DNA from: Planctomycetaceae bacterium
GTDB taxonomy: Bacteria > Planctomycetota > Planctomycetia > Pirellulales > Pirellulaceae
DNA length: 64,000 bases
NCBI GenBank assembly: GCA_947463915.1
Contig: CANHVO010000004.1
Coordinates: 2,022-66,021, forward strand
Direction: 5' to 3'
The first letter of the stretch is position 1. Each line of letters begins with the position of its first letter. Made by a program: the position numbers and the translations under genes. The notes under the pieces were generated by a model that saw only the letters and a program-made list of their open reading frames with translations, had not been told where the DNA came from and did no database searches. Below are positions 46,935 through 56,827 of this stretch, piece after piece.

Positions 46935-48866
46935 ATGCTTTCATTCACAAAGCTGTCGAAAACGGCAATGCAATCATTCTTTCTTGCCTGCAGTTTTGGC
47001 TCGATTCAAGCGGACGAATGGTCTCAATATGGTGGTCCCGCTCGAAACTTCTCGGCTAAGTCTGTGAGTCAGGAAAAATCCATCGCTGCCAATTTCTGGC
47101 GAATTCCGATGGTTGGTGGGGACGCTGCCGCCGTCGTGCATCAAGATCGTATCATCGTTTCAAGTGTCGAATTTGAGCCCGATGGGACCGACGCTCACCG
47201 AGTCATTTGCGTTGAACGGGGCAGTGGCAAAACGCTATGGGATCAGTTTTTCCAGGAAAACAGTTTCCTGTCGCAGGATATCAGTGAGCGATATCCCGTT
47301 CGCCCCATTTCCACGCCATGTATAGTGGGCGATCAGGTTGTTCATTGCGGCTTCGGTGGCTCAGTGCGAAGTCTGAGCCTTGCCTCTGGAAGCCAAAATT
47401 GGTGCGTCGACTTGGTCCATGATTTTAGCGCTAACCCGATCCAATATGGATATGCTTGTAGCCCCTGGAGCGACGGAAAGCAAGTTGTCGTAGCGTGCGG
47501 CGGCGATCAAGCGTTGTTGCTATCGCTTAACCTAAGCAATGGAAGTCTTAACTGGAAATGCGGTTCGGGTTTGGCCTCCTACGCCTCTCCGATTGTGATG
47601 ACAACCGTCGAGGGAGTCGAACGCGTACCGACAAACCATCTCGTCTATGCGGCTGGAGACAAAGTGATCGGAGTTGATCCGAAAAATGGGAACCTACATT
47701 GGCAATACACCTATCCTTCGCCTGGGCTCACCAACGCAGCGACTCCAATTTCCGTTGCTCCTGGCAAACTCCTCATTGGTGGCCAAGGTGTGAATGGAAC
47801 GCGACTCCTCTCGATTGCACGAAATGGAGATAGCTATTCTGCTACCGAAGTTTGGCACAACTCCAAGCTCTCACCATTTTATTGCAATTGGCTGCAACTC
47901 CAAAGCGTCCCAAATTGCGTCATAGGATTTATGGGCAAGACAATGACCGCGTTGGACTGGACGACCGGCGAAGTTTACTGGCAGAAGCGAGGTTGGACGG
48001 ACACCAATGTGGTTAACGTGAACGATAAACTGTTAGCTGTACGAGGAGATGGATTCGTAGGGCTAGTCAAGGCCGACGAAAAGGGACTTGAATTGCTGGC
48101 GGGAGATAACAGCATTCGAGATCGAGTGTGGACGCCGCCTACTGTGGTCGATCAGCAAATTCTACTAGTCGGTCGAAGCGGACTCGTTAGCTTGCCCATT
48201 GGCCAGCTTCAAAAGATGGCTGAAACACCATCCGGAAGCGAGGTGACTTCGATGGACGCAATGTACGGAAGTCGTCCTGAACGTATCCAGAAGTTGATTG
48301 GACAATCCAAAATCGCCAACCGTTTTACGATCGAGGACTATCGTAACGTTTCGTCAGACAAAACCGCTCAGATCAGTGAAGGCGATACCTCAGCGATCAT
48401 AAAAAACCTCCTTGCAAACCAAGAAACGAGCATCGCATTGGCCGTTGCGACCGATTGGGTTCGTGAATCGCCACATTCGATTCCCGCCTGGGACCAATAC
48501 TTGGACTTGCTTCGAGTTTCAGGGAAAGGAGAGCAGGCCGATATAGAGACCAAAGCTCGAATGGTTGATGTACGGATCGAAGTCGCTTTGCCCCCATCGA
48601 GCCAGTCACCTGGTAACATCTACTTGATGGGAAATGCGAGATCGATCGGTGCTTGGAATCCGATGGAAGTGCGACTTCAACCAACGGTCGATGGGAAGTA
48701 CGGTGTGTCATGCCAGTTGCCACGTGGCGACTTCCAATTCAAGTTCACAGGTGGCAGCATTGACACCGTCGAAGTTCGTAGCGATGGAAGGAGCATATCG
48801 AATCGACGCCACCGCATCACAGCCCCAACGACATTAAATGCAACGGTTCAAGCTTGGAAGAAGTAA
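46935..48866 (+). CDS. PQQ-binding-like (BamB-type) beta-propeller protein with C-terminal CBM20-like domain
   Basis: DEWSQYGGPARN, SGLASYASP, RVWTPPTVVD; C-terminal IYLMGNARSIGAWNP...FQFKFTGGS...VEV resembling CBM20. Start uncertain; the ORF track gives 46536. Confidence 0.72.
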   Translation: MLSFTKLSKTAMQSFFLACSFGSIQADEWSQYGGPARNFSAKSVSQEKSIAANFWRIPMVGGDAAAVVHQDRIIVSSVEFEPDGTDAHRVICVERGSGKTLWDQFFQENSFLSQDISERYPVRPISTPCIVGDQVVHCGFGGSVRSLSLASGSQNWCVDLVHDFSANPIQYGYACSPWSDGKQVVVACGGDQALLLSLNLSNGSLNWKCGSGLASYASPIVMTTVEGVERVPTNHLVYAAGDKVIGVDPKNGNLHWQYTYPSPGLTNAATPISVAPGKLLIGGQGVNGTRLLSIARNGDSYSATEVWHNSKLSPFYCNWLQLQSVPNCVIGFMGKTMTALDWTTGEVYWQKRGWTDTNVVNVNDKLLAVRGDGFVGLVKADEKGLELLAGDNSIRDRVWTPPTVVDQQILLVGRSGLVSLPIGQLQKMAETPSGSEVTSMDAMYGSRPERIQKLIGQSKIANRFTIEDYRNVSSDKTAQISEGDTSAIIKNLLANQETSIALAVATDWVRESPHSIPAWDQYLDLLRVSGKGEQADIETKARMVDVRIEVALPPSSQSPGNIYLMGNARSIGAWNPMEVRLQPTVDGKYGVSCQLPRGDFQFKFTGGSIDTVEVRSDGRSISNRRHRITAPTTLNATVQAWKK

Positions 48867-49020
48867 GGATTGAAATCGTAGGCTAGTTGCGATGGTCAGG
48901 CACTTGGCCCTCGAATGTCTGATGCACAACTGTTAAAATCTTGGTTTGCGTATCAAATTCCTATCTAACCAAGCTTCTCAGTTCTCTCCCTCCTACAACC
49001 GTAAAGGCATCGCATCCATC

Positions 49021-49659
49021 ATGTGTTTTTCGCCATCAAAAGCCACGGGTTTGCTTTTTGGATTCCAATGTTTTTGCCTGTGTGCATGTTCGCAACTCTT
49101 GTTAGTCAGCGCGTCCTGCAATGCAGATCAATTTGTCTTGTTCGACGTCACGTTTGACTATTCCAAGGCAGATGCAGACAACTCGAAGCCGAGTAAGTCG
49201 CATTACTATGTCAAGGATAAAATGCTCAACGAGAGTCGGCCGAAGGATTGGACGTCTCCTGTCGATTATCGAAACGGAACCGTTCACGTTCGGCTGGAGG
49301 TCTTGGAGAAACCCGCAGGAGACGAACCGACAACGTGGAGTATCTGTTACATACCGAACAAAGGCCAGAAGAACGGGTATGGCTGTCTCGGAACCGATGT
49401 CTACAAAAAGATCGGCGTTTACGAAAAGGATATCTCGATGAAGGAGTTTTGGGAAAACGATTCGATCGTTTGGACGGAGGGGATCAAGCAAATGGATTTA
49501 GTGATCAAGGATAACAGTGGCGGTTCCGGGCACGCGCACAAGCGAACGGACCACGAAAAGTTCTTTCCTACCAAAGTGCGATTAACCCTGACTCAAGTTT
49601 CAGCTGGGGCAAAGTTCGATCCTAAGCTCGTTCCTGAACAACCGGCGAAACCAAAGTAG
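49021..49659 (+). CDS. Secreted hypothetical protein
   Basis: Signal-like segment, then a compact Trp/Tyr-rich domain (PKDWTSPVDYRNG, TWSICY, GYGC). Start uncertain; the ORF track gives 48946. Confidence 0.65.
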   Translation: MCFSPSKATGLLFGFQCFCLCACSQLLLVSASCNADQFVLFDVTFDYSKADADNSKPSKSHYYVKDKMLNESRPKDWTSPVDYRNGTVHVRLEVLEKPAGDEPTTWSICYIPNKGQKNGYGCLGTDVYKKIGVYEKDISMKEFWENDSIVWTEGIKQMDLVIKDNSGGSGHAHKRTDHEKFFPTKVRLTLTQVSAGAKFDPKLVPEQPAKPK

Positions 49660-49698
49660 CCGGCACATTCCATGTGCCGTCCGAAAAAGGCGACGACT

Positions 49699-49810
49699 GT
49701 AGCTGGTTTCGTGAGAAACCAGATGGAGCACAACAGAGTCGGTGGTTTCGTGAGACACTAGATGCGGACACCCGCGTTCTTGAACGCGGGTTTCTCACGA
49801 AACCCGCTAC
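49699..49810. repeat. GTGA-loop REPIN with a degenerate middle unit
   Basis: GTAGCTGGTTTCGTGAGAAACCAG ... CGGGTTTCTCACGAAACCCGCTAC. Confidence 0.85.
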
Positions 49811-49824
49811 AGGCCTGTGATTGC

Positions 49825-51582
49825 CTATTCTCTACGCAAGCTAAAGGCGGTGTAGTGCAAGCCGTCCTCTTCTTCCACGACAAAGGCTCCGGATGGTGCC
49901 AGGTACTTTGAAATAACCTCGAACGGAGGAAGATTTTTTCCTTTCAGAGCGGCTACAAGGGATGTGAGGAACGGGTTGTTGGTAGACGACTCTTCTAAAC
50001 GCGAAATGTTAGCCGGATCGCTGGCCAAATCGTAAAACAATCGCAACGATTCTTCCGGCCGTTGATAGGACATGATCGACGATTCTTTGTCTTTCAGTTG
50101 GGCCTTGATGCGATCACGAACCAGTTTGTACTCAATCGATTCGCTCAAAAGATCGTCGCCGCTTGAGTAGGTCTTTATCGCTTGTTCGATCGACTCGATC
50201 GCGTCGCTAGTTAGTAGGTCATCCCCAACTACAGCAAACGACGGCTGTGGAACTCGAATGGATGGACTCTCGTTCTTGATATCGATGTAATAGACTGTGG
50301 AATCACCAATGACCTTCGAGGTCCACCTTGCATCGCTCGATTTGATCTTGTTGAAAAATCGCGGCAATACGTCGGTCTTTAGTCGCTGCACGTCTTTGAC
50401 GTGAATGCCAACGAGATTGCTTTGACTGTTGATTCGTTTGGTTGGCAGAATGAGTTGTGCCAGTGTCAAGCGATCGTTCAACATTTCCAAAACGTCCTTG
50501 CGAAGATCGAGACCGATTTGTCGGCTACCATTTGCGATAACATTGTTTTCGAAGGTGTTTTCGCCGCCGAAGGAGTCAACGATATCGGCGATGGCTTTGA
50601 CGGTTTTTTCGAAGTCCCAGTTCATCGTGCCATAGCTGGCCACTTTGTCATTTACCCAGAGTTCGGGTTCGGTCGATCCACTTTTGGGCCGAACGGCTCG
50701 CAGCGCTCCGCGGCGGTTGTTGTCCAACAGCAAGTGGGCGTGAATAATCGAGTCGAAATCGTTGGGCGCAAAAATCCCACTACCGCCAACTCCCTTAATC
50801 CCATCTATGCCAAGTGTCTTGAGCGTGGTCAAAACAATCAGGGAGTTCGAGTTGTTTTTCGACACTTCTCGATAGAGAGCGAGCGGATTTGCGTAAAACG
50901 ACACTTGTGGACGTTCCCCTGCGGTGCCAACGCAGCGGCTCAAGATGGTGGTGAATTCCCGATTGTCAGCCAGGGATTTGTGGTCGATCCCACTTCCCTG
51001 CCATATCTGTGCCAGTGTTTCCGCATATTCAGCATTGTTGCAAACAACAAGTACGCCGGAGTCCAAAAAGAAGCCCAGTTGCCGATCTTCACGCGTTCCA
51101 TTTCGAATTTGATTGACGGATATTTTGCCAACTTCTTTTGTCGTCTTGGCGCCGCCGCTCTGAGCGATCCTGTCCTCGAGTCGACCGATCATGAGTTTGA
51201 CGGCTGGCAATTCATCTCCTGCTTCGAGCAGGGCACAAAAGACGGGATTGGTTTTTGTCGGGACTAAGGCGATGGCAAGTTCGCCGTTGGGGATCGAGAG
51301 GAGTTCGTCTAAATTGACACCGACCGCATCCTGCATCCCTTGAACAAGCGTCGAGAATGAGCTGTAGAATGAGTTAAGGATCGGTTTGATCTGAGCATCA
51401 TTTGAGATTCGGCCCATGGACGTTTCCGCCATTTTCGCTTTGAGCTCACGCGTGTCATCCACTCGTGCATACAGGAGCGTTTTTTGCGGGAACAGTTTGG
51501 GAGCGGTAGGTCGCTGTGCTAAAGCGATGCTTGGGCTGATCGCTGCCAACAGGAGAACGATAGGGATTAGTTTTTTGTGCAT
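49825..51582 (-). CDS. Secreted DUF3352-like hypothetical protein
   Basis: Signal peptide MHKKLIPIVLLLAAISPSIALA; APKLFPQKTLLYARV start; YLAPSGAFVVEEEDGLHYTAFSLR end. Confidence 0.65.
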   Translation of the reverse strand: MHKKLIPIVLLLAAISPSIALAQRPTAPKLFPQKTLLYARVDDTRELKAKMAETSMGRISNDAQIKPILNSFYSSFSTLVQGMQDAVGVNLDELLSIPNGELAIALVPTKTNPVFCALLEAGDELPAVKLMIGRLEDRIAQSGGAKTTKEVGKISVNQIRNGTREDRQLGFFLDSGVLVVCNNAEYAETLAQIWQGSGIDHKSLADNREFTTILSRCVGTAGERPQVSFYANPLALYREVSKNNSNSLIVLTTLKTLGIDGIKGVGGSGIFAPNDFDSIIHAHLLLDNNRRGALRAVRPKSGSTEPELWVNDKVASYGTMNWDFEKTVKAIADIVDSFGGENTFENNVIANGSRQIGLDLRKDVLEMLNDRLTLAQLILPTKRINSQSNLVGIHVKDVQRLKTDVLPRFFNKIKSSDARWTSKVIGDSTVYYIDIKNESPSIRVPQPSFAVVGDDLLTSDAIESIEQAIKTYSSGDDLLSESIEYKLVRDRIKAQLKDKESSIMSYQRPEESLRLFYDLASDPANISRLEESSTNNPFLTSLVAALKGKNLPPFEVISKYLAPSGAFVVEEEDGLHYTAFSLRRE

Positions 51583-51888
51583 GGTCCATTCAGTTCGAAG
51601 CGTGTTTTGGTTTCTTGGTCGTTTTCGCAATTATATTTGAAAATTTTTTAGATGCGGGGGGTGTTATTGTAAGAAACAAAACCGCTGTAGCGTGCACCTT
51701 CCAAGTGCCGTCAGCCAATTGCTCATGTTTTTTCCGCTCAGGCGAGGGGATAGTTGATTTAATGCTTTTTCAAAGGCATTTCGTTTAACAGTCAGCCGTA
51801 GGCGTACTGGCACAGACGCTAAGTAACTGTTAAACGGCTTAATCAACAAGCCCCGAGTGGCTGGGGCTCTATAGCTAGCCCAATATTC

Positions 51889-51950
51889 CTAGCACGATGC
51901 GCGAGCTAGTGAATTGGACTGCAAATTCACTAGCTTGCGCGTCGTGCTAA
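51889..51950. repeat. Family B REPIN
   Basis: tagcacgatgcgcgagctagtgaatt...aattcactagcttgcgcgtcgtgcta. Confidence 0.85.
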
Positions 51951-51976
51951 GGTAGCTTTTCATGCTGCGGTTCGCC

Positions 51977-53143
51977 TTAGCTCCAATCTTGAGCTAAATC
52001 CCGCCCCAGTTCGACTAACGCGATGTACTGATCGTCACAAAAGCGATCCGTCATCCCTGCCAAGTAAACGGCAACGGTATGCTCCACTCCCCATTCTGCA
52101 CACCATTTTTGGAAACGCTCGGGTAATCGCTGCGGATAAGCCTTTAAGAGTCGATAAAGTTGATTTAGTCGAGTCGCTGCCCTCATTCGCACCTCGACCA
52201 ATTTGGGATGGCGATAAACGTGCTGAAACAAAAAATCCTCGAGCTCTTCCTTGTCGGATTGCATTTCTGGCGACATTTGAAGCAAGATACCGACATCTTG
52301 GACGGCTTGGCTATCCAATTGCCCTGCCTCCGCCAACAAACCCATCGAATACTGGAGGAAGTTGTCCATCTGGATATCGATCAGTGTATGAACCAACATT
52401 TGCCGACGATTGTTCTGACTGCTTTGATCCAAGGGGGCGAGTTTTCTCACGCGTTGAACCAATCCAAGCCCTGACAACTGCTGCCAATTGAGCAGCCCAA
52501 GCTTGAGAGCATCGTCAAGATCATGTGCGTCGTACGCAATGCTGTCAGCCGAATCCACGACCTGGATTTCGAGCATAGGGACCGTGCCTGAGTCTTTGTC
52601 CGATCGAAATTGCTGTCCTGACAGCACTTCGTGGGTCAAGTTCAGTCCGGGATAGGAGGTATAGCGTTGCTCGATCCGAGTTGCCAACTCCAATGCAAAC
52701 GCATTGTGCGAAAAGCCGCCAAAGTCCTTAACACAGGCCTGCAATGCGTCTTCGCCGCAGTGACCAAACGGCGGGTGGCCAATATCGTGCAACAACGCCA
52801 TCGCCTCGATCAAGTCTTCGTTGAGTCGCAGGGTGCGACCGATCGTGCGGGCCAGCGACGAAACCTCATTGGTATGCGTCAAGCGGGTTCGATGGTAGTC
52901 CCCCATGTCCCCTGTAAAAACCTGCATTTTCCCGCTCAATCGGCGAAACGCGGAACTGTGCAAGATCCGATCACGGTCGCGTTGGAAGGGGCTTCGATAT
53001 TCGTGCTGAGCCTCGGAATGTTCGCGTCCCATCGAATGGCTTGCGAACATGGCGTAGGGGGCCAAAAGAAGTCGCTCTCGGTTTTGCCATGACAAAGCTG
53101 GCTCAAGGTTTCTAAGCGGAATCGATCGGGTAGGTTGGGACAT
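51977..53143 (-). CDS. dgt: Deoxyguanosinetriphosphate triphosphohydrolase (HD family)
   Basis: FQRDRDRILHSSAFRRL, RTRLTH, LHDIGHPPFGHCGE, DSIAYDAHDLDD, AGMTDRF. Confidence 0.93.
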   Translation of the reverse strand: MSQPTRSIPLRNLEPALSWQNRERLLLAPYAMFASHSMGREHSEAQHEYRSPFQRDRDRILHSSAFRRLSGKMQVFTGDMGDYHRTRLTHTNEVSSLARTIGRTLRLNEDLIEAMALLHDIGHPPFGHCGEDALQACVKDFGGFSHNAFALELATRIEQRYTSYPGLNLTHEVLSGQQFRSDKDSGTVPMLEIQVVDSADSIAYDAHDLDDALKLGLLNWQQLSGLGLVQRVRKLAPLDQSSQNNRRQMLVHTLIDIQMDNFLQYSMGLLAEAGQLDSQAVQDVGILLQMSPEMQSDKEELEDFLFQHVYRHPKLVEVRMRAATRLNQLYRLLKAYPQRLPERFQKWCAEWGVEHTVAVYLAGMTDRFCDDQYIALVELGRDLAQDWS

Positions 53144-53284
53144 GGAAAATCGGTGTCAAAATCGTTTTTCGGGAAGCAAATCCTTTCACAGCACCAGTTT
53201 AACGCCAAAGCGACGATCGATTCGATAGCAGTCTGCCAGATTTTCGGAATGTTTGTGTCACAAAACCGACAAAAGTAGCAGGTA

Positions 53285-53620
53285 CGCTCCGTAGCACGAC
53301 GCGCTCCGTAGCACGACGCGCAAGCTAGTGAATTGGGAAGTAGATTCACTAGCTTGCGCGTTTTAAAGTTGCACGTTCAGTGTGCTTCCGGGCCAACGGC
53401 CCTGCAATTTACATAGCCCAGCCGCTATGCATTTGATCTTAAGGGCCGAAGGTCCGACCCTATCAAGTCATGTGCTTGTTTGGCCCCAGCCCTTCAGGCT
53501 GGGCTATGCAAACGACCGGGGCTTTGCCCCTAAAACAAAATAGTGCAACTTCACTAGCTTGCGCGTCGTGCTGATTCACTAGCTTGCGCGTCGTGCCGAG
53601 AAGGTGTTCATGCTGCCTCT
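53285..53620. mobile_element. Nested element: 186-bp unit with aagttgcac/gtgcaactt ends (53366-53551) inside a family B REP cluster
   Basis: The family B arm breaks at cttgcgcg and resumes after the element; internal hairpins gggccaacggccc, atagcccagcc/ggctgggctat and ggggctttgcccc; 17-bp tandem duplication at the left. Confidence 0.65.
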
Positions 53621-53717
53621 AGCCCTTTTCCCCCCATCCCTAGATCGCGACTCGCTTTGTTGCTAAACTTTTTGCCTTCCAAATCGATCGAACTCCTAAG
53701 CCGAAAGCTCTCTTCGT

Positions 53718-54449
53718 ATGGCCGCATTCCAGTATTCAGACCTCTCGAAAATGATCGATCACTCGTTGCTGAACCCCACAATGACCGTCGAGCAGCTTGA
53801 GGCTGGAATCCAATTGGCTATTGCTTACGACGTCGGCAGCGTTTGCATTATGCCTTATTACCACAAACGATGCGCCGAGCTTCTGGCTGGCACCACCGTT
53901 GCGCCGAGTAGCACGGTTGGGTTCCCACATGGTGGAAACAGTACGCGGACGAAACTGTTCGAGGCTGAACAATTGATCGAAGAGGGGTGCCTCGAACTGG
54001 ATATGGTCTCCAATATTAGCGCTGTTTTGAGCGGCAATTGGCAATTGGTCGAAAACGAAATCGACGCGATCGTAAAGATGTCTCATGCTGCCAAACGACG
54101 CGTCAAAGTGATCTTCGAGAATTGCTACTTGAACTCAGCCCAAAAGATTCAGCTTTGCAAAATTTGCTGCCATGTCGGAGCCGATTGGGTAAAGACCAGC
54201 ACGGGGTACGGTACTGGTGGCGCGACAATGGAGGACCTGCAGTTAATGCTCGACAACGTCCAGTCGCCAGTCCAAGTCAAGGCGGCGGGCGGCATCCGAG
54301 ACTGCGATGCGCTCATCAAAGTCCGGGATATGGGAGTCACGCGAGTAGGTTCGTCGCGAACCTCTGAGATGCTCGATGAAGCCAGAAGGCGCTTAGGAAT
54401 TCCCGCAATTGAGCCGATCAAGTCTGCACCCGTTGGATCAAGTTACTAG
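53718..54449 (+). CDS. deoC: Deoxyribose-phosphate aldolase
   Basis: MIDHSLLNP, VGFPHG, ELDMV, KVIFE, WVKTSTGY, VKAAGGIR. Confidence 0.95.
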   Translation: MAAFQYSDLSKMIDHSLLNPTMTVEQLEAGIQLAIAYDVGSVCIMPYYHKRCAELLAGTTVAPSSTVGFPHGGNSTRTKLFEAEQLIEEGCLELDMVSNISAVLSGNWQLVENEIDAIVKMSHAAKRRVKVIFENCYLNSAQKIQLCKICCHVGADWVKTSTGYGTGGATMEDLQLMLDNVQSPVQVKAAGGIRDCDALIKVRDMGVTRVGSSRTSEMLDEARRRLGIPAIEPIKSAPVGSSY

Positions 54450-54464
54450 ACAATTCACTAGACC

Positions 54465-55688
54465 ATGCAAGATGTGCAAACTTGGCTGGCAGACCATCAA
54501 GCTCAAATGGCAAATGAGCTTGAGACTCTTTGCAATTTGAACTCTGGATCCGATAGTCTGATTGGTCTGAGTCAGGTGGCGAACTGGCTAACCGAATACT
54601 TCGAACCGATCAGTTCAATCGTCGAAAGGATCGAACTGCCGTCCTATGAGCTCTTGGACGAGCAGGCGGTGATTCGTTCCCAAGCTACAGGCCCCGCCTT
54701 GAGATGGAATATCCCTGGCTCTGCCCCTGGGAAAAAGAAAAGACTTCTCCTGACGATTCATTACGACACGGTGTATGGCCCTGAAAACCCATTTCAAGTC
54801 TGCGAACGCTATGAGGATATTGGTCCTGGCGGGCAACCAGAATTGCGAATGCGAGGTCCCGGAGTGATCGACGCCAAGGGGGGCATCGTCGTTCTGCGAT
54901 GGGCGGTGCTGGCGGCGAAGAAATTCCTCGATCTCTCCCACATCGATCTGTCCATTGTTCTTACGCCAGACGAAGAGATCGGCTCACCTGCATCGAGTCA
55001 TCTGTGGCAACGCATCGCATCGACTTTCGATTTTGCGATGCTCTACGAACCATGTTTGGCGGACGGTTCCATGGTTTCCAATCGCAAGGGCACCGGGACA
55101 TTTGTCGTTGTCGCAAGAGGCAAAGCCGCGCATTCCGGTCGCAATTTTCGCGAAGGCCGCAATGCAGTAACCCTCGCGTGCCAAATGGCGTTGGCCATGG
55201 ACGCCCTGAATGGCGAACGCCCCAACGTAACCATCAACGTTGGCCGAATTCGAGGGGGAGAGGCAGTCAATGTCGTTCCAGACCTAGCCGTTCTGCATGT
55301 CAATGTTCGAGTTTCCAATCGTGAAGATCAAACGTGGATCGAATCCCAAATGCAACAGGTTGGTCAACGGTTTAATGCACCGGAATCCGGCTACCGAGTC
55401 GAAATAACCGGCGGGATCAAGTCTCCCCCTAAGAATGTTGACGAGACGACAACGATTTGGATGGAGCAGATCGAACGGGCCGGATTTCAGATAGGCGAAT
55501 CGATCTCCTGGAAACTATCGGGCGGAGCTAGTGACGGCAATAAGCTTTCAGCTTTAGGGCTACCTAATATCGATACCTTCGGCCCCGAGGGTGACCTGCT
55601 ACACAGCGATCAAGAATGGGTCCGCCTGAGTAGTCTCCCTCGCAAAGCATTATTGACTGCGGCTGTAATCAAAGGTCAATGCGTTTGA
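54465..55688 (+). CDS. M20-family metallohydrolase (glutamate carboxypeptidase-like)
   Basis: HYDTV, DAKGG, DEEIGS, GKAAHSGR, SDGN, LHS metal-ligand motifs. Confidence 0.88.
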   Translation: MQDVQTWLADHQAQMANELETLCNLNSGSDSLIGLSQVANWLTEYFEPISSIVERIELPSYELLDEQAVIRSQATGPALRWNIPGSAPGKKKRLLLTIHYDTVYGPENPFQVCERYEDIGPGGQPELRMRGPGVIDAKGGIVVLRWAVLAAKKFLDLSHIDLSIVLTPDEEIGSPASSHLWQRIASTFDFAMLYEPCLADGSMVSNRKGTGTFVVVARGKAAHSGRNFREGRNAVTLACQMALAMDALNGERPNVTINVGRIRGGEAVNVVPDLAVLHVNVRVSNREDQTWIESQMQQVGQRFNAPESGYRVEITGGIKSPPKNVDETTTIWMEQIERAGFQIGESISWKLSGGASDGNKLSALGLPNIDTFGPEGDLLHSDQEWVRLSSLPRKALLTAAVIKGQCV

Positions 55689-55882
55689 AGCGGCTTGGGC
55701 AGTTCCGTCTTTGACGCGTGTGCCAATTTTACTGTCTATTCTCTCAAGCGAATCTTTTTGTTTTCGTTTTCTTGGCGTCGGAAAACGCATTCTTTGCAAG
55801 ACGAAGCTATTACTCCCTGGGCTCGCAATGTCGTTTTTGCTTGTACCCTCGTTTTTTATTGAACATTACGTGTGTTATACCC

Positions 55883-56809
55883 ATGAACATCAAACCTCCT
55901 AACTCGCTTCGGCTGCCGACCACTCGAGTATTGGTCGTTGATGAAAATGCAACCAATTGCGAGAACCTAACCAATCAACTGAACCAATGGGGACTTGATG
56001 TTTCGGTTTGCTTGCAGTCGACCGCCGCGATCGAACGCATGATCATGGCGCAGCGGCTTGAGCATCCATTTGATTTGGTGATCCTGGATTCCTGTACGCA
56101 GTCAATGAATGGTCGCGACGTAGCCCAGACGATGCGAAGCCAACCGACTCTCCTGCAGACTCCAATCATTTTGCTCTTCGGTAGCGACGAAGGCACGAAT
56201 TGGCAAACTCAAGAGGATTCGGAGATAATGATCGCCATTAGCAAGCCTGCCAATCAAAATCACTTACTCGATTCGATCATGACGCTCCTCCGCAGGCATC
56301 ACCTTATCGAAGCAGAGTTGAATCCCACTCAGTCAGGCTTGATTTCCGCGTCAAACCCAATTGCGACGATGGAATTGACAGCGATTGGGCCATTTAATGA
56401 AGACGAAGTTCGAGAATCGACCAACGAAGGGCCCGCACTGACTGGTCTGGACTTGAAAGAGACGTTAAACGATAGCGACTTTTTGAAGACGGATGAACTG
56501 TTGGAACAATGTGGTGGAGATCAACAATTCACCGAGCAGATTCTGCAGATAATGCGAGAAACTTTGCCCGACCGCATGCTGGAATTGGAAGGTGCACTTT
56601 GCGCCGGCGATTTTGATCGGATCAAGTATACGGCTCACCAATTAAAAGGGGCTGCGGCCGACTGTTCGCTCAAAGCGATTTGGAAAACAGCCTCGGAACT
56701 AGAACTCCACGCTGATCAGTCTGATTCGCGCGAAGTGGCTAATTCTCTTACCTCTCTTCGGCTACGAGTTGATCGTACGCTGGGCCTTTTGGAGGAGTTC
56801 TTGCGGTAA
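55883..56809 (+). CDS. Receiver + Hpt domain protein
   Basis: VLVVDE, FDLVILD and SKP receiver motifs; AHQLKGAA Hpt motif. Likely start ATG 55883. Confidence 0.82.
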   Translation: MNIKPPNSLRLPTTRVLVVDENATNCENLTNQLNQWGLDVSVCLQSTAAIERMIMAQRLEHPFDLVILDSCTQSMNGRDVAQTMRSQPTLLQTPIILLFGSDEGTNWQTQEDSEIMIAISKPANQNHLLDSIMTLLRRHHLIEAELNPTQSGLISASNPIATMELTAIGPFNEDEVRESTNEGPALTGLDLKETLNDSDFLKTDELLEQCGGDQQFTEQILQIMRETLPDRMLELEGALCAGDFDRIKYTAHQLKGAAADCSLKAIWKTASELELHADQSDSREVANSLTSLRLRVDRTLGLLEEFLR

Positions 56810-56827
56810 CGCAGCGGACAAACCATC

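Noticed and set aside
50401-51267. Long antisense or alternate-frame ORFs (also 62559-63242, 20959-21723, 19525-20184, 32860-33450)
   Set aside because: Fully overlap well-supported genes and have no motifs; typical shadow ORFs.
51977-53143. Anti-phage dGTPase defence island
   Set aside because: It looks like the ordinary housekeeping enzyme, and there are no neighbouring defence or mobile genes.
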